In this document: positions 37,558-48,204 of the stretch, in pieces | How positions within the stretch are numbered: the stretch's first letter is position 1 | Layout: each line of letters opens with the position of its first letter | From: a virus | Lineage: Duplodnaviria; Caudoviricetes | Reading direction: 5' to 3' (one strand) | IMG/VR virus record: IMGVR_UViG_3300014204_000146 | Span: 1 to 64,000 of that record | Length of the DNA: 64,000 nt | Made by a program: the position numbers and the translations under genes | The notes under the pieces: generated by a model | What the model was told of the DNA's origin: nothing | Databases searched by the model: none | Seen by the model: only the letters and a program-made list of their open reading frames with translations

Positions 37558-39021
37558 ATGAGACTAATAAAATTAAAGTTGACCAATTATCAACTATTCG
37601 AAAACTTAGAACTGACGTTTGATAAGATAAATTTTCTTATTGGAAAAAATTTCGATGTAGAAGACCAGAAAAACATTGGTTCCAATGGGTCTGGTAAGAC
37701 TTCAATCATTAATGCTATTCTTTTTGTATTGGGAATAGAAACAGGTATCAATCAGGCAGACCTTATTCATTTAGGTAAGAAAAATGCCGAAGTAGAACTC
37801 GAATTGGAGAAGGATGGAAAATCTTATCTCATTCGCCGTTCTATTCCTTCTTCTTTGTATCTTGCAGTAGATGGACAAGAAATAGAACTTAACACCGCCA
37901 CTCTCAAAGAAAAATATATCTTTGACCATATTTGTACCAAAGAATTATTTAAAGAGTTTCGTATGGTAGACACTAAGAAAGGTACGAATGTTCTTGATTG
38001 TGGAAGTGTGTCTTTAAGAAAAATGCTCATGAGCTGCTTGGAAGGGGAATTCAATACAATCAGAGCAAATCTTCAAGCAACTAAATTAGACCGCGAGCGT
38101 TTTAATGTCAATAAGAAACTTTATACCTTTACTCTTTCTGAGAGACGGTTAGATTATTTGACTGGAGAAGAAAAGAAATTATTAGGCATATTACCTCAAA
38201 CAGAAAATATCTGTCAAGACCAAGCAAAGATTATCAATAATTTATCTGGTCAGATTTCTGCCAGAGAACAGATGATATATAATAAAAAGAAAGAACTTGT
38301 TGATTCGCTCAATGGCGGAATTTGCCCCGTTTTAAAGAAGTCCTGTGCTGAACTAAAAAAACCAATTAGCGAAGAAACAAAAAAACTTGTTGACCAAGAT
38401 ATTAATAAATGGACAAAAGAAATAGAAGAATTAAAAGAACAGAAACAAGTCGAAGAAGAACTTCAACAGCGCTATTCTGAGGATAAAGAAATTATTCGTA
38501 AGAAAGGGAAGAAGTTAGAGACCTATATTATAAAACTGACTCAGGCATTTAAATTTGCTGAGTATAAATATACAGCTGCGGATGTCATGGAATATTCAGA
38601 GGCAATTAAGCTATTCGATGAGTTTGCTGCTTATGAAATAAACAATTGGCTTCAATCATTGGAAGAAGTTATCAATACTCTCCTTCTCAAAGTGAATATC
38701 TCGGTGAAGTTTAGTCCTGACAAGCAATTTTTAAAAGTAACAAATAACGGACAAGAATTAAAATGGGAACTTTTATCAGGTGGACAGCAGACCTTTCTCT
38801 CCATTGTCTTTAAGATGGCTATCATGCTTCAAAAAGAAATGTCTGGTATCATTCTTGCAGATGAAGGATATGGTAATTTAGATTTGGTTAATTTAAAAAA
38901 TCTTTTGGAAGTTATGAAAACCATACCTTTTCAGTTGATAGGCGTGTATCATAATATAGAAACAAATTTACCGGACGTAAAATTTATCACAGTAACCCGA
39001 AGAAATAATATTAGCCAATAA
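37558..39021 (+). CDS. Rad50/SbcC-like ATPase
   Basis: GSNGSGKT, CPV Zn-hook-like motif, LSGGQ and LADEG. Confidence 0.9.
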   Translation: MRLIKLKLTNYQLFENLELTFDKINFLIGKNFDVEDQKNIGSNGSGKTSIINAILFVLGIETGINQADLIHLGKKNAEVELELEKDGKSYLIRRSIPSSLYLAVDGQEIELNTATLKEKYIFDHICTKELFKEFRMVDTKKGTNVLDCGSVSLRKMLMSCLEGEFNTIRANLQATKLDRERFNVNKKLYTFTLSERRLDYLTGEEKKLLGILPQTENICQDQAKIINNLSGQISAREQMIYNKKKELVDSLNGGICPVLKKSCAELKKPISEETKKLVDQDINKWTKEIEELKEQKQVEEELQQRYSEDKEIIRKKGKKLETYIIKLTQAFKFAEYKYTAADVMEYSEAIKLFDEFAAYEINNWLQSLEEVINTLLLKVNISVKFSPDKQFLKVTNNGQELKWELLSGGQQTFLSIVFKMAIMLQKEMSGIILADEGYGNLDLVNLKNLLEVMKTIPFQLIGVYHNIETNLPDVKFITVTRRNNISQ

Positions 39022-39407
39022 GGAGGGCAAATGTATATTCATCACTTAATTGATATACAATATAAAAATATAAAATTTTGTTTAGATTTTGATAGTTTTT
39101 GGTTCTACGGAAAGTGGTTTAAACAACATATTATTCGCCGAGCTAATAAATCTTGGTATATTTGTGGAAATTTATTTAATCTAATGTGGTATTTTACACC
39201 TGAATATTTACCAAAGGAGTAAACATGGGAAAAATAAAGATATTCAAAACAATACTCAAAGACGAGTGTTGGGTATGTGGAGGAAAGAAATGTCCAGCGT
39301 GTCATAATACTGGATATTGGGAAACGAGTATTTTCTATCATGTTTTTAAAGGCAAAGATGGAAAAGAATATTGTATTGATGGAGATTCAATTAAATAAGG
39401 AGGAATC

Positions 39408-39761
39408 ATGCAGTATAATCAGGTTATGGTCAGTGCTCGCGTAACAAAGGATATTGAAGTTAAGGATGTAGGACAAACACAGGTTGTTAATTTATCGGTA
39501 GCAATAAATCGTAGCTACAAAGTCAAAGGCAAGAATGAACTTCAACAGGAAACTGTTTTTATTGAAATAGTAGCTTGGGGAAAACTTGCTCAAGACTGTG
39601 GTCATTTACTTGCGAAGGGTTCTGAAATTTTTGTTATTGGAAAACTCAAACAACAATCCTGGGAAGATAAGAATACTCATGAAAAAAAATCTAAGATTGT
39701 TATCGAAGCCAGCAAAATTATTCCTTTAGATGGTTCTGATACATCTACTGAAGAAGCATAA
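39408..39761 (+). CDS. ssb: Single-stranded DNA-binding protein
   Basis: N.V....R.TKD.E, AW...A, V.G.L...SW and acidic tail. Confidence 0.9.
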   Translation: MQYNQVMVSARVTKDIEVKDVGQTQVVNLSVAINRSYKVKGKNELQQETVFIEIVAWGKLAQDCGHLLAKGSEIFVIGKLKQQSWEDKNTHEKKSKIVIEASKIIPLDGSDTSTEEA

Positions 39762-39821
39762 CAATGAGACAACAAAAAATGCCAAGGCGATATGAAAGAC
39801 CTACTAAATATGGAGGAACAT

Positions 39822-40289
39822 ATGGCAATTAAAAATATAGTTACTAATATCAAAGAACTTCGCAAACCCTGCGCTCTTGTTGAAAAAGGAGAAGATATTA
39901 AATCCATCATCAAAGACCTCGAAGATACCTTAGAGAAGCATGGTGGATTTGGATTGGCTGCTAATCAAATTGGCATAAGCAAACAAATAGCCATTGTTCG
40001 TATTAAAGACCCAAAAACAGGACAGCTTCGTGCCAAAGAAGATTTGATTAATCCTAAAATAATAGAAAAAGGACAAAGAATAAAAGTATCTGAAGAATGT
40101 TTAAGTTTTCCTCATTTACCTCCTATTGAAGTAGATAGGCATGTTTTTATTCAAGTTGAAGATATGAGTAATAAACCTGTTATATTTGTGGGTATTGATT
40201 CTTGCGTTGTTGAACACGAAATACATCATCTTTGGGGTATTACTCTTTTGGATGATAAACATAAAGATGTTAATCGGAGGAAAAGATGA
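39822..40289 (+). CDS. def: Peptide deformylase
   Basis: GLAANQIG, EECLS and HEIHHL.G motifs. Confidence 0.92.
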   Translation: MAIKNIVTNIKELRKPCALVEKGEDIKSIIKDLEDTLEKHGGFGLAANQIGISKQIAIVRIKDPKTGQLRAKEDLINPKIIEKGQRIKVSEECLSFPHLPPIEVDRHVFIQVEDMSNKPVIFVGIDSCVVEHEIHHLWGITLLDDKHKDVNRRKR

Positions 40290-40476
40290 TAGGAATCTGG
40301 AAACAGAACCTAATCGGTAAAAAAATAAAACAAGGCAATCGTCTTCTAACTATAATCTCTTTAGATATGCGCCTGACAGGAAAGATAGATATTGAATTAG
40401 AAGACGAAAATCATTTACGTTTTGTTTCTGTTGTTACGGCAGAGCAATTAACAATAATTACAAAGAAGGCAATAGA

Positions 40477-41064
40477 ATGAATACTTGGTATACTTCCGAC
40501 CTCCACCTGGGACATGGCAATCTGATAAAATATTGCAAGCGTCCAGTATTACAGCCTATGGATTTATCGTTAAACGGAGATTGGATAAGTCCAGAACTTA
40601 TTCGTGAGCGTACTGCTGAGATGGATAAAATAATTATTGATAGGTGGAATAGTAGGGTCAAAACCGGAGACCTTGTTATTCATGCCGGAGATTTCTGTTT
40701 TAAAAATAGCACTGAGGCGATTGGTAGCCGTGGATTTGATTTTTATCGTTCTCAATTGAACGGAGATATTGTTTTTATTGAAGGTAATCATGACGGGAAG
40801 AGAAATGATGTAAGAACTGTTATTCAAAACATGGTTATTAAAGCAGGTGGGGAATTCATCTATATAACTCATAATCCAAAATTTGTTCCTATGAACAAAT
40901 GGAAGATTAACCTCATAGGACATGTTCATAATGCTTGGAAATATCAGAAACGGTCAGATGGTTCGATTTTAATCAATGTTGGAGTGGATGTTAATAATTT
41001 CATGCCAAAATCTATAAATGAAATATTGAACGAGCTTGCTACGTGGAGAAAATACGGAAAATGA
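40477..41064 (+). CDS. Calcineurin-like phosphoesterase
   Basis: TSDLHLGH, HAGDF, GNHD, GHVH and NVGVD motifs. Confidence 0.9.
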   Translation: MNTWYTSDLHLGHGNLIKYCKRPVLQPMDLSLNGDWISPELIRERTAEMDKIIIDRWNSRVKTGDLVIHAGDFCFKNSTEAIGSRGFDFYRSQLNGDIVFIEGNHDGKRNDVRTVIQNMVIKAGGEFIYITHNPKFVPMNKWKINLIGHVHNAWKYQKRSDGSILINVGVDVNNFMPKSINEILNELATWRKYGK

Positions 41065-41199
41065 CCTGGATTAAATTAATTATTTTATTCTTATTTTTAT
41101 ATTTTGTGGGAGTTCCTATATTTCTCACTATCGTGTTTTGTGGTACTGTTTATTGGAAAGACTTAAAGAAAATTTATAGTTTAATGTTTGGAGGAAACA

Positions 41200-41907
41200 A
41201 TGAAAAGCGCTTTAATTCTGGGAGGCACGAAGGGAATCGGTAGGGCTATTTCTTTAGCATTAATAGAAAAAGATTATGATGTAACGGTCATTTATGGACA
41301 TGACCATAACGCTGCGAGAGAGTTATTTCTTAATACAATAAAAAAAGGAAATTTAAGAGCTGTTCAAGCAGACCTATCTACTGCCAACGGATATAATAAA
41401 TTTATCCTCGACCAAACTCAACGATGGGATTGTGTTGTTTTTAATGTTGGAATAACCGATAGCACTCCTTTTGGAGAAATATCCTACGATTTTATACATA
41501 AGGTTATGGATACTAATGTTATCCTTCCTTTCTTAGCATTACAACAAATTAGTAATCAAATCAATGACAATGGGAGAATTATTTTTATCAGTTCTATCCT
41601 GGGAATATATCCCCATGCCCGGTCTATTTTTTATGGAGTTTCGAAGGCTGCGATTAATGCTCTGGTTAAGAATATGGTTAAATATCTTTCGCGAGGAATA
41701 ACTATCAATGCAATTGCTCCTGGATTCTGTGATACTGATTGGCATAATTCAAAATCTCCTGAAAGAATAGAATTTATTAAAAATAAAATAGCATTACATA
41801 GATTTGCCACTCCAGAAGAAGTCGCCAGTCTTTGTATGGAGGTAATAAACAATCAATATCTCAATGGACAGATATTAGAGATAAGTGGAGGATATTCATA
41901 TGAATAG
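41200..41907 (+). CDS. Short-chain dehydrogenase/reductase (FabG-like)
   Basis: GGTKGIG, NVG, ISS, YGVSK and NAIAPG motifs. Confidence 0.9.
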   Translation: MKSALILGGTKGIGRAISLALIEKDYDVTVIYGHDHNAARELFLNTIKKGNLRAVQADLSTANGYNKFILDQTQRWDCVVFNVGITDSTPFGEISYDFIHKVMDTNVILPFLALQQISNQINDNGRIIFISSILGIYPHARSIFYGVSKAAINALVKNMVKYLSRGITINAIAPGFCDTDWHNSKSPERIEFIKNKIALHRFATPEEVASLCMEVINNQYLNGQILEISGGYSYE

Positions 41908-42418
41908 AAGTTGGATTGTAAACTTTGACCCAAAAACTCTTTTATTTTCGACTAAAGTAAAAGAAGCATGTAAATCGTGCAAGCGATATGGAAAGAAACC
42001 CAATTGTCCTCCCTATACTGAATCTATAGAATATTATCATAGATTGCTCTCTAAATATAAAAGAGCATTTTTAATAGTGCATCAAGAATCAATCGAAGAT
42101 AAAAACGATTGGGAAACTTTAGGCAGAGAATCTTCAAAGAGAATGGCAGAACACTTATCTGAATTAAGACAGCAATTAATTGATAAGGGACATTACTTTA
42201 TTGTTTGTTTTGGTGCTGGAAGCTGTAAGAACTGCAAAAACTGTACAATTCCTTGTACACATCCAGACAAAGCATTTATGCCTGTAGAAGCGACCGGAGT
42301 CGATGTAGTAAAATTTTGTCAGGTTCTTTCTATAACATTAAAAGAGGAAGAGAAGATAAATATTACTTTTCCAGTCAAAGATACATTCTATCGCATTGGG
42401 ATGGTGATTTATGATTAA
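41900..42418 (+). CDS. DUF2284-like metal-binding protein
   Basis: C..C..YG...NCPP, GAGSC..C..C..PC.HP and VEATGVDV. Confidence 0.8.
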   Translation: MNRSWIVNFDPKTLLFSTKVKEACKSCKRYGKKPNCPPYTESIEYYHRLLSKYKRAFLIVHQESIEDKNDWETLGRESSKRMAEHLSELRQQLIDKGHYFIVCFGAGSCKNCKNCTIPCTHPDKAFMPVEATGVDVVKFCQVLSITLKEEEKINITFPVKDTFYRIGMVIYD

Positions 42419-42884
42419 ATCTAAGAAATTCAATATTTTATTTACCAGTGGAGGATTTGATATACTTCATGCCGGGCATATTGCCAATCTCGAAGAAATA
42501 AAATCAAGGTGCAGCAAATTAATTGTAGGTGTATCTTCAGATGAGCTTTTGAAATCTTACAAATATACTCCTCCAATCGTCCCTTTAAAACAGCGCATGA
42601 GAATGATTGCTGCTTTGAGATGCGTCGATACAGTAATGATACAAAAAGAATTTATGGATATTCAGATGTTTATTGAATCAAAGGCAGATAAATTCGCGCT
42701 GTGGACTGGATGGAAAGACAATCCTAAAATACCAGAGTGGTATATAAAGAACGATAAAATGTTATGGATTCCTTACAATTATGGACTATCTTCTACTAAA
42801 ATAAAAGAGCGCATCATTAAACAATCCTATAAAATAATCCGTTCGCAGTTACAGCGAGAACTTAAACAGGAGAACCAAAAATGA
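42411..42884 (+). CDS. HxGH cytidylyltransferase (TagD/RfaE-like)
   Basis: GGFDILHAGH, VGVSSD, R and LSSTKIK. Confidence 0.88.
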   Translation: MIKSKKFNILFTSGGFDILHAGHIANLEEIKSRCSKLIVGVSSDELLKSYKYTPPIVPLKQRMRMIAALRCVDTVMIQKEFMDIQMFIESKADKFALWTGWKDNPKIPEWYIKNDKMLWIPYNYGLSSTKIKERIIKQSYKIIRSQLQRELKQENQK

Positions 42885-45800
42885 CGATAGTAGAGAAATT
42901 TAATTTTATTCAATCTATTTTACGAGAAGCTGGAGTAACATATTGGTTATTCTGTGGTGGATTATTGTTAGCTTATAGAGACCATCGGTTGCCAGAAGAC
43001 GACATTGATTTTGGGTTGTTGATGACAGACTATGAAGCCACCAAAGCCATACTTTTAAAATATAAAGATAGATGGACTTTGTTTAATAGGCGCTCAAGAG
43101 AACTTACTATAAAATTAGAAGGAACTAAATTTGATTTTGTATTTCATGAAATCAATCAAGCAAAAAATCTAATTTATATGTATAGCTATAAACAAAATCC
43201 ATTTTGTAACATGAAATGGAATTATGAATGGAGAGCTATATTTCCTATTGATATATTTCTTCCCGTCAAAACAATGACATTCAATATATTTAATTCTACA
43301 GGACAAAATACAATATCTACTCCGGTGTTAGCGAAACCAGAAGAATACTTCGCTACAAATTATGAATGGAATTGGTATGTTCCTAAAGATGTAGGAAGTG
43401 CTTGTTGGACATATGACCTTAATCCGGCGAAAGATAAAAACTACAATCCTATAGCCGTTATCATGACTACTATAGCCAGGGATGAAATATTGTTAAAGGT
43501 ACTTCCTTCTTATCTCCAGTATCCGGTTAAATTATATTTACTTGACCAAGGAACTCCAACCAAAGAAAAAGATAAATATTATACCGAACTTAGGAGCAAG
43601 GGGCATTTTATAGAATATGCCAACGATATAGGACTTTCGGCTGCAAGAAATTATCTCTTAGACCAAGTGGAAGAAGAATTTATTTTTATGACTGAGGACG
43701 ATATAGAACTAACCACCAATCCTTATAGTTTATTTCAAAAATTTTGGAATAATAATTTAGGAATTCTTGGTGGTTTATTAATTCGTAATGGGAAAGAGCA
43801 GCATTACGAATATGCGCTTGAATTAAAAGATAACATTCTTAATTATGTTATCTCAGACAAAATCGACCTTTGTTTAAATTTCTTCTTAGCAAAAAAGAAA
43901 GTATTCGATGATATTCGATATGACGAAAATTTGAAACTCTGCGAACACACAGACTGGTTCCTTCGTTTAAAAGAACTTAATAAATGGAAGGTTGATTATA
44001 CCAGGAATCTTCAAGGAATTCATCATACTTTCAAACCACAAAACTATATGAACTATCGTGGAAGGGCAGAAGGTTTTGTTGAAGAATTCAAAAAGAAATG
44101 GGGAATTGTCGAAATAAACAAAAATAACGAACTCACCAAACAACAAAACAATTTAACCGTGTTCGTTCTGACTCACGACAACGAACCAAACTACGAACTC
44201 TGTATGGAAGCTTTAAAAAATCAAGGTATAGAATTCAAACTGGATGTTATTAAGAATTTTCATCCAATGAGCGCTGCCTTTCAAGAAATGTTGAATCGCT
44301 GTTCTACTCCTTATTATGTCGAGGTAGACAGTGATATGATTTTGGAACCGGACGCTATAGAAAGATTATACAATGAAATTATCACTTCTGACGAAAGAAC
44401 AGCCATGATTTGTCATAAACTTCACGACGTTCATCTGGATAAATCTATCGATGGAATAAAAATATATAAATACGACATATTCAAAAATTATCCCTATGAG
44501 AATGTCATGAGCTGTGAAATGGCTCAACTTGAAAAACTGGAAAAAGATGGATATAATTATATTAGGAATCCAGAAGTGATAGGAACTCATTGTCCTATTT
44601 GGACAAAAGGAACCATATTCGAGCGATACTTTAATTATATGGAAAAATTGAAAAAATTCAAATCTGATAAATATTCTTTTTTACTTAAAAAATTGTTATC
44701 AACTTTTCTGAACGACCAAACAAAAAATAATCTATATGCGTTCTTAGGAGCTGTTAGTAGTTCCATCATACCAGAACTTAAAAACGAAGAAAAAGATTAT
44801 ACCATTCCTATATTAACCAAGTTCGAATTATTAGATAAAACATTTGATGATTTTGTTTTTGATTCTAAACAAATAAAACCCATTCTTCAAGTAGAACCAA
44901 TACCAACTCCAATAGATAATCGTATCTTAGTTTTACAAATTGCCGGGATTCCATGTGCAAACAGACCTTACGACATTAACCGTTTGATAAATGCTCATTC
45001 AACAAAATATAGGTCTCGACATATATTAGGAGGACAATATTCTAAAAAACATGCAGATATTCCTTATAGAGAATTTCCATTTGATTTATTGTTAACAGAT
45101 GATAAAAAAGAAATTCTAAAACTTATTCAAGAAGCTAAAATCATTCATATTCATCATCGTATTGACAATTCTTTATTGCGAGAGATTCCCAAAAACAAAA
45201 AAATCATTTTTACGGTGTCTAATTTAGGTTCTTCTATTAAATTATATGACACACCAGAAAATGCAAACTATAACGAACATATTAAATCAATCACTAACAT
45301 TTTAACAGTAACTGACCAGCCCATGCAAAAATTAGCATATAACTATCTCACCACAAAAACACTACCTTTGGTCAAATTCCTTTTTGGTCAAGCATCAATG
45401 AAGAACAATCCCGAACCTATAATCGTTTTTGCTCCGACCAATAGACGTTTAGATGAAGCTACATCTAAAGGATATTATCGTGTATTGGGCGTTATTTATA
45501 AATTACAATTAGAAGGACTGAAATTCAAATTTGATTTGATTGAGGGAGTCCCTTATGAAGAAAATCTAAAAAGAAAACAAGTTGCTGATATTATTATTGA
45601 TGATGTTATCAATGAGAATTTTCACAATACGTCGATTGAAGGCGCTTGCTTTGGAGCTGCTGTTGTTACCAATTATCATGACGACAAATATCCATTCATA
45701 AAAACTACCTTAAATCAATTAGAAGACACGCTTCATAAACTATTGACCAATCCAGAAGCACTGAAATCCGCCCAACAAGAAATGATTAACTGGTCGAACA

Positions 45801-46261
45801 ATGTCTACACTCCAGAAAATATTCTTGCTCCATTTGAACATATTTATGATGAAGTTTTAAAAGAAACTCATCCAACTATAGAATCAAACATGTCTACAAA
45901 TTTAGTTCTACCTAAACAAGAAACCATTGTCGAACAAACGCATATCATGGAAGAATTGATTCAAACTCTTTCAGATATGAAAATATCTTATTGGGTGCTA
46001 AACGAAACATGCTTAGAAATAGTAAAGACCGGAGCCTTGTCAGAAGGAACAGACCTTCACTTCGGAGTAAGAACGATGGAAGAAAAGAATAAACTGCTCG
46101 CCATTACAGATGCGAAAAACATAAAAACTTCCATTTCAATAGAACCAACACGAAAAACAAAATCATACGGGCTTTATGGAACAACGATTCAAGTACCTGT
46201 TCCTTTAGTGCGATATTTAGAAAATCTATATCTCAAACCATTCAACGAAATAATAAAATGA
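42881..46261 (+). CDS. Multidomain LicD-like phosphotransferase plus glycosyltransferases
   Basis: WL..GGLL.AYRD...DDIDFG (LicD); two GT-A domains (TEDD, VDSD); GT-B-like domain; degenerate terminal NTase. Confidence 0.8.
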   Translation: MTIVEKFNFIQSILREAGVTYWLFCGGLLLAYRDHRLPEDDIDFGLLMTDYEATKAILLKYKDRWTLFNRRSRELTIKLEGTKFDFVFHEINQAKNLIYMYSYKQNPFCNMKWNYEWRAIFPIDIFLPVKTMTFNIFNSTGQNTISTPVLAKPEEYFATNYEWNWYVPKDVGSACWTYDLNPAKDKNYNPIAVIMTTIARDEILLKVLPSYLQYPVKLYLLDQGTPTKEKDKYYTELRSKGHFIEYANDIGLSAARNYLLDQVEEEFIFMTEDDIELTTNPYSLFQKFWNNNLGILGGLLIRNGKEQHYEYALELKDNILNYVISDKIDLCLNFFLAKKKVFDDIRYDENLKLCEHTDWFLRLKELNKWKVDYTRNLQGIHHTFKPQNYMNYRGRAEGFVEEFKKKWGIVEINKNNELTKQQNNLTVFVLTHDNEPNYELCMEALKNQGIEFKLDVIKNFHPMSAAFQEMLNRCSTPYYVEVDSDMILEPDAIERLYNEIITSDERTAMICHKLHDVHLDKSIDGIKIYKYDIFKNYPYENVMSCEMAQLEKLEKDGYNYIRNPEVIGTHCPIWTKGTIFERYFNYMEKLKKFKSDKYSFLLKKLLSTFLNDQTKNNLYAFLGAVSSSIIPELKNEEKDYTIPILTKFELLDKTFDDFVFDSKQIKPILQVEPIPTPIDNRILVLQIAGIPCANRPYDINRLINAHSTKYRSRHILGGQYSKKHADIPYREFPFDLLLTDDKKEILKLIQEAKIIHIHHRIDNSLLREIPKNKKIIFTVSNLGSSIKLYDTPENANYNEHIKSITNILTVTDQPMQKLAYNYLTTKTLPLVKFLFGQASMKNNPEPIIVFAPTNRRLDEATSKGYYRVLGVIYKLQLEGLKFKFDLIEGVPYEENLKRKQVADIIIDDVINENFHNTSIEGACFGAAVVTNYHDDKYPFIKTTLNQLEDTLHKLLTNPEALKSAQQEMINWSNNVYTPENILAPFEHIYDEVLKETHPTIESNMSTNLVLPKQETIVEQTHIMEELIQTLSDMKISYWVLNETCLEIVKTGALSEGTDLHFGVRTMEEKNKLLAITDAKNIKTSISIEPTRKTKSYGLYGTTIQVPVPLVRYLENLYLKPFNEIIK

Positions 46262-46318
46262 CTACCATAAAAGGCAATATTTAGGATTGTTGTAGACAAC
46301 GAACAGAGGAGCAAAACA

Positions 46319-47050
46319 ATGAAAATAGCAATTCTAATCACTACATTTTTAAGAGATGACCTCCTTTATAATACTGTTAAAAAAGCAATCGAATATTCCA
46401 ACGACGATTGTTTTATTTTAATAGGAGACCAGAATCCAACATGTATAAAAGCTAACTTTCTTGAAGAATTATCTGGAAAATTGGCATATTATAGTCTTCC
46501 TTATGACTGTGGACTGTCTTATGCCAGGAATCGTCTTGTTGAGGTCGCCAAAACGTTGGAATGTGATTATATTTTGCTGATAGCAGATAGTTTACAACTT
46601 TGTAAACCGCTACCTCCAATAGAGCATGTTGAAAGACTGTTTAATCAATATCCTGATGTTGGAATTATTGGATTTTCTATCAACGGGAGAAAGCCACATC
46701 CGCGCAATATAGATTTAATTCCCGGAAAGTATTTTTATCAGTCTATTCCACAAAATTTACCTTATTGTGATATGGTATCTAATTTCTTTATCGCAAAAAT
46801 TCGATGTTTATTAGACAATCCTTGGGACGAAAATTTAAAGCTATGTGAACATGAGGACTTTTTCTGGAGACTTAAAACCAAGACACCCTGGAAAGTAATA
46901 TTCAATAATACATATTCCTGCGATTATGTAAAAGACCGCTCTCCAGAATATAATGCAATGCGAGTGAGATTATATGGAGAATTCCAAGAAATACTTAGAA
47001 AAAAATACAACATTTCTGAATGGTGGAGAAACCAAAGTGGGTTGTATTAA
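46319..47050 (+). CDS. Glycosyltransferase family 2
   Basis: ITTFLR, GDQ, GLSYARN, WDE.LK..EHEDFF; paralogous to a domain of the upstream gene. Confidence 0.85.
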   Translation: MKIAILITTFLRDDLLYNTVKKAIEYSNDDCFILIGDQNPTCIKANFLEELSGKLAYYSLPYDCGLSYARNRLVEVAKTLECDYILLIADSLQLCKPLPPIEHVERLFNQYPDVGIIGFSINGRKPHPRNIDLIPGKYFYQSIPQNLPYCDMVSNFFIAKIRCLLDNPWDENLKLCEHEDFFWRLKTKTPWKVIFNNTYSCDYVKDRSPEYNAMRVRLYGEFQEILRKKYNISEWWRNQSGLY

Positions 47051-47062
47051 TAAGGAGGACTT

Positions 47063-47494
47063 ATGTACATAGTTTTAACCGGAGTTTTATATTTAAAATA
47101 TACCGCAGGAAAATTCAATATTTTAATCAACGAAAACAAAGAAGTATTTAAAAAATACTTTGGAATTTACTTGTATCCCGGCTCTTTAAATATTAAAATA
47201 TTAGAGCCAGAAAATTTAGCTCAGATACTCGACCAACAAATATTGAAGCCGTCCTTTGTCATTCCAAAATCTGAACTAATAAATATGCCGGAATATATTG
47301 GCAACGGACAAGCTTGGAAGTGCAAATTATCTTGTGATAAATTTCCCAAATATAAAGATTGCTGGCTCTTTCGTAGAGTAAATTCCAGGGTTAGGATAGG
47401 AACGTTTGAAATCGTAGCTGCTGAGGAATTCGTCAAACCGTTTGATTTAAAGGATGGAGACTCCATAACAATCGACATATATATTAATGAATAA
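47063..47494 (+). CDS. CTP-dependent riboflavin kinase-like protein
   Basis: LTG...A...F...FG..LYPGSLN and FEIVA...F.LKDGD. Confidence 0.65.
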   Translation: MYIVLTGVLYLKYTAGKFNILINENKEVFKKYFGIYLYPGSLNIKILEPENLAQILDQQILKPSFVIPKSELINMPEYIGNGQAWKCKLSCDKFPKYKDCWLFRRVNSRVRIGTFEIVAAEEFVKPFDLKDGDSITIDIYINE

Positions 47495-48152
47495 ACCCAA
47501 TCAAGCAATAATTATCGGTGGGGGCGCTTCTATCAAAGAAGGCATCTCTTTGGGCTTATGGGATATGCTTAAAGATAGATTTGTTATCAATTGCAATCTA
47601 TCCTTTCGGCATTTTTTGGGTACTTTTATGATTTGTGTTGATGGAGACGGATTTATAAAACGGACAGTTGAAATGCAAGCTCTACCGTTGATTTTTGCTC
47701 TTGACACTCATCAAGGCATTGAATATCCTTCGAATACTATTCTTTTTAAAGAAAGTCTTATTTATCATGAAAGAGATAGTTTTACAAAAGGTATCTATAT
47801 GCAATCCCTGGTGGGAATTCCGGCTATTGTAACTGCCATTCAATTGTTACAAGGAATCGGATATATTTTTTTATTGGGTTATGACTGGTCTAAATACACT
47901 ACCGACACTCATTTCTATCAAGACGAACATCGTGGACAGGGATTTACTGACTATTATGAAAAGCACAATCCAGATAAACAACTCGTTCCATTATTACAAG
48001 AAACAAATATCAAAATCTACAACGTATCTTTACAGTCAAACATTAATTGCTTCGAGAAAATTAGTTACCCAACAATGTTTAATATACTCGATGATGTTAG
48101 GTATGACCAAAATGAACTAAGAAAATACATAAATAAACTTGCAAAAAACTGA
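47487..48152 (+). CDS. MptE/Maf-like Rossmannoid protein of glycan loci
   Basis: IIGGGASI, VIxCN, ILLGYD and IYNVS. Confidence 0.65.
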   Translation: MNKPNQAIIIGGGASIKEGISLGLWDMLKDRFVINCNLSFRHFLGTFMICVDGDGFIKRTVEMQALPLIFALDTHQGIEYPSNTILFKESLIYHERDSFTKGIYMQSLVGIPAIVTAIQLLQGIGYIFLLGYDWSKYTTDTHFYQDEHRGQGFTDYYEKHNPDKQLVPLLQETNIKIYNVSLQSNINCFEKISYPTMFNILDDVRYDQNELRKYINKLAKN

Positions 48153-48174
48153 TTTTTAGGGCATACTTACTATG
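48139..48174 (+). promoter_or_regulatory. Putative phage promoter, copy 2
   Basis: TTGCAA-N17-CATACT with the identical GGGCATACTTACTATG core. Confidence 0.7.
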
Positions 48175-48204
48175 TAGGACTGAAGTTAACGATAAGGAGA
48201 TGAA

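Noticed and set aside
42411-42884. NadD-type adenylyltransferase completing the PncA/PncB route
   Set aside because: Its motifs and its coupling to LicD/GT genes fit a TagD-like cytidylyltransferase better.
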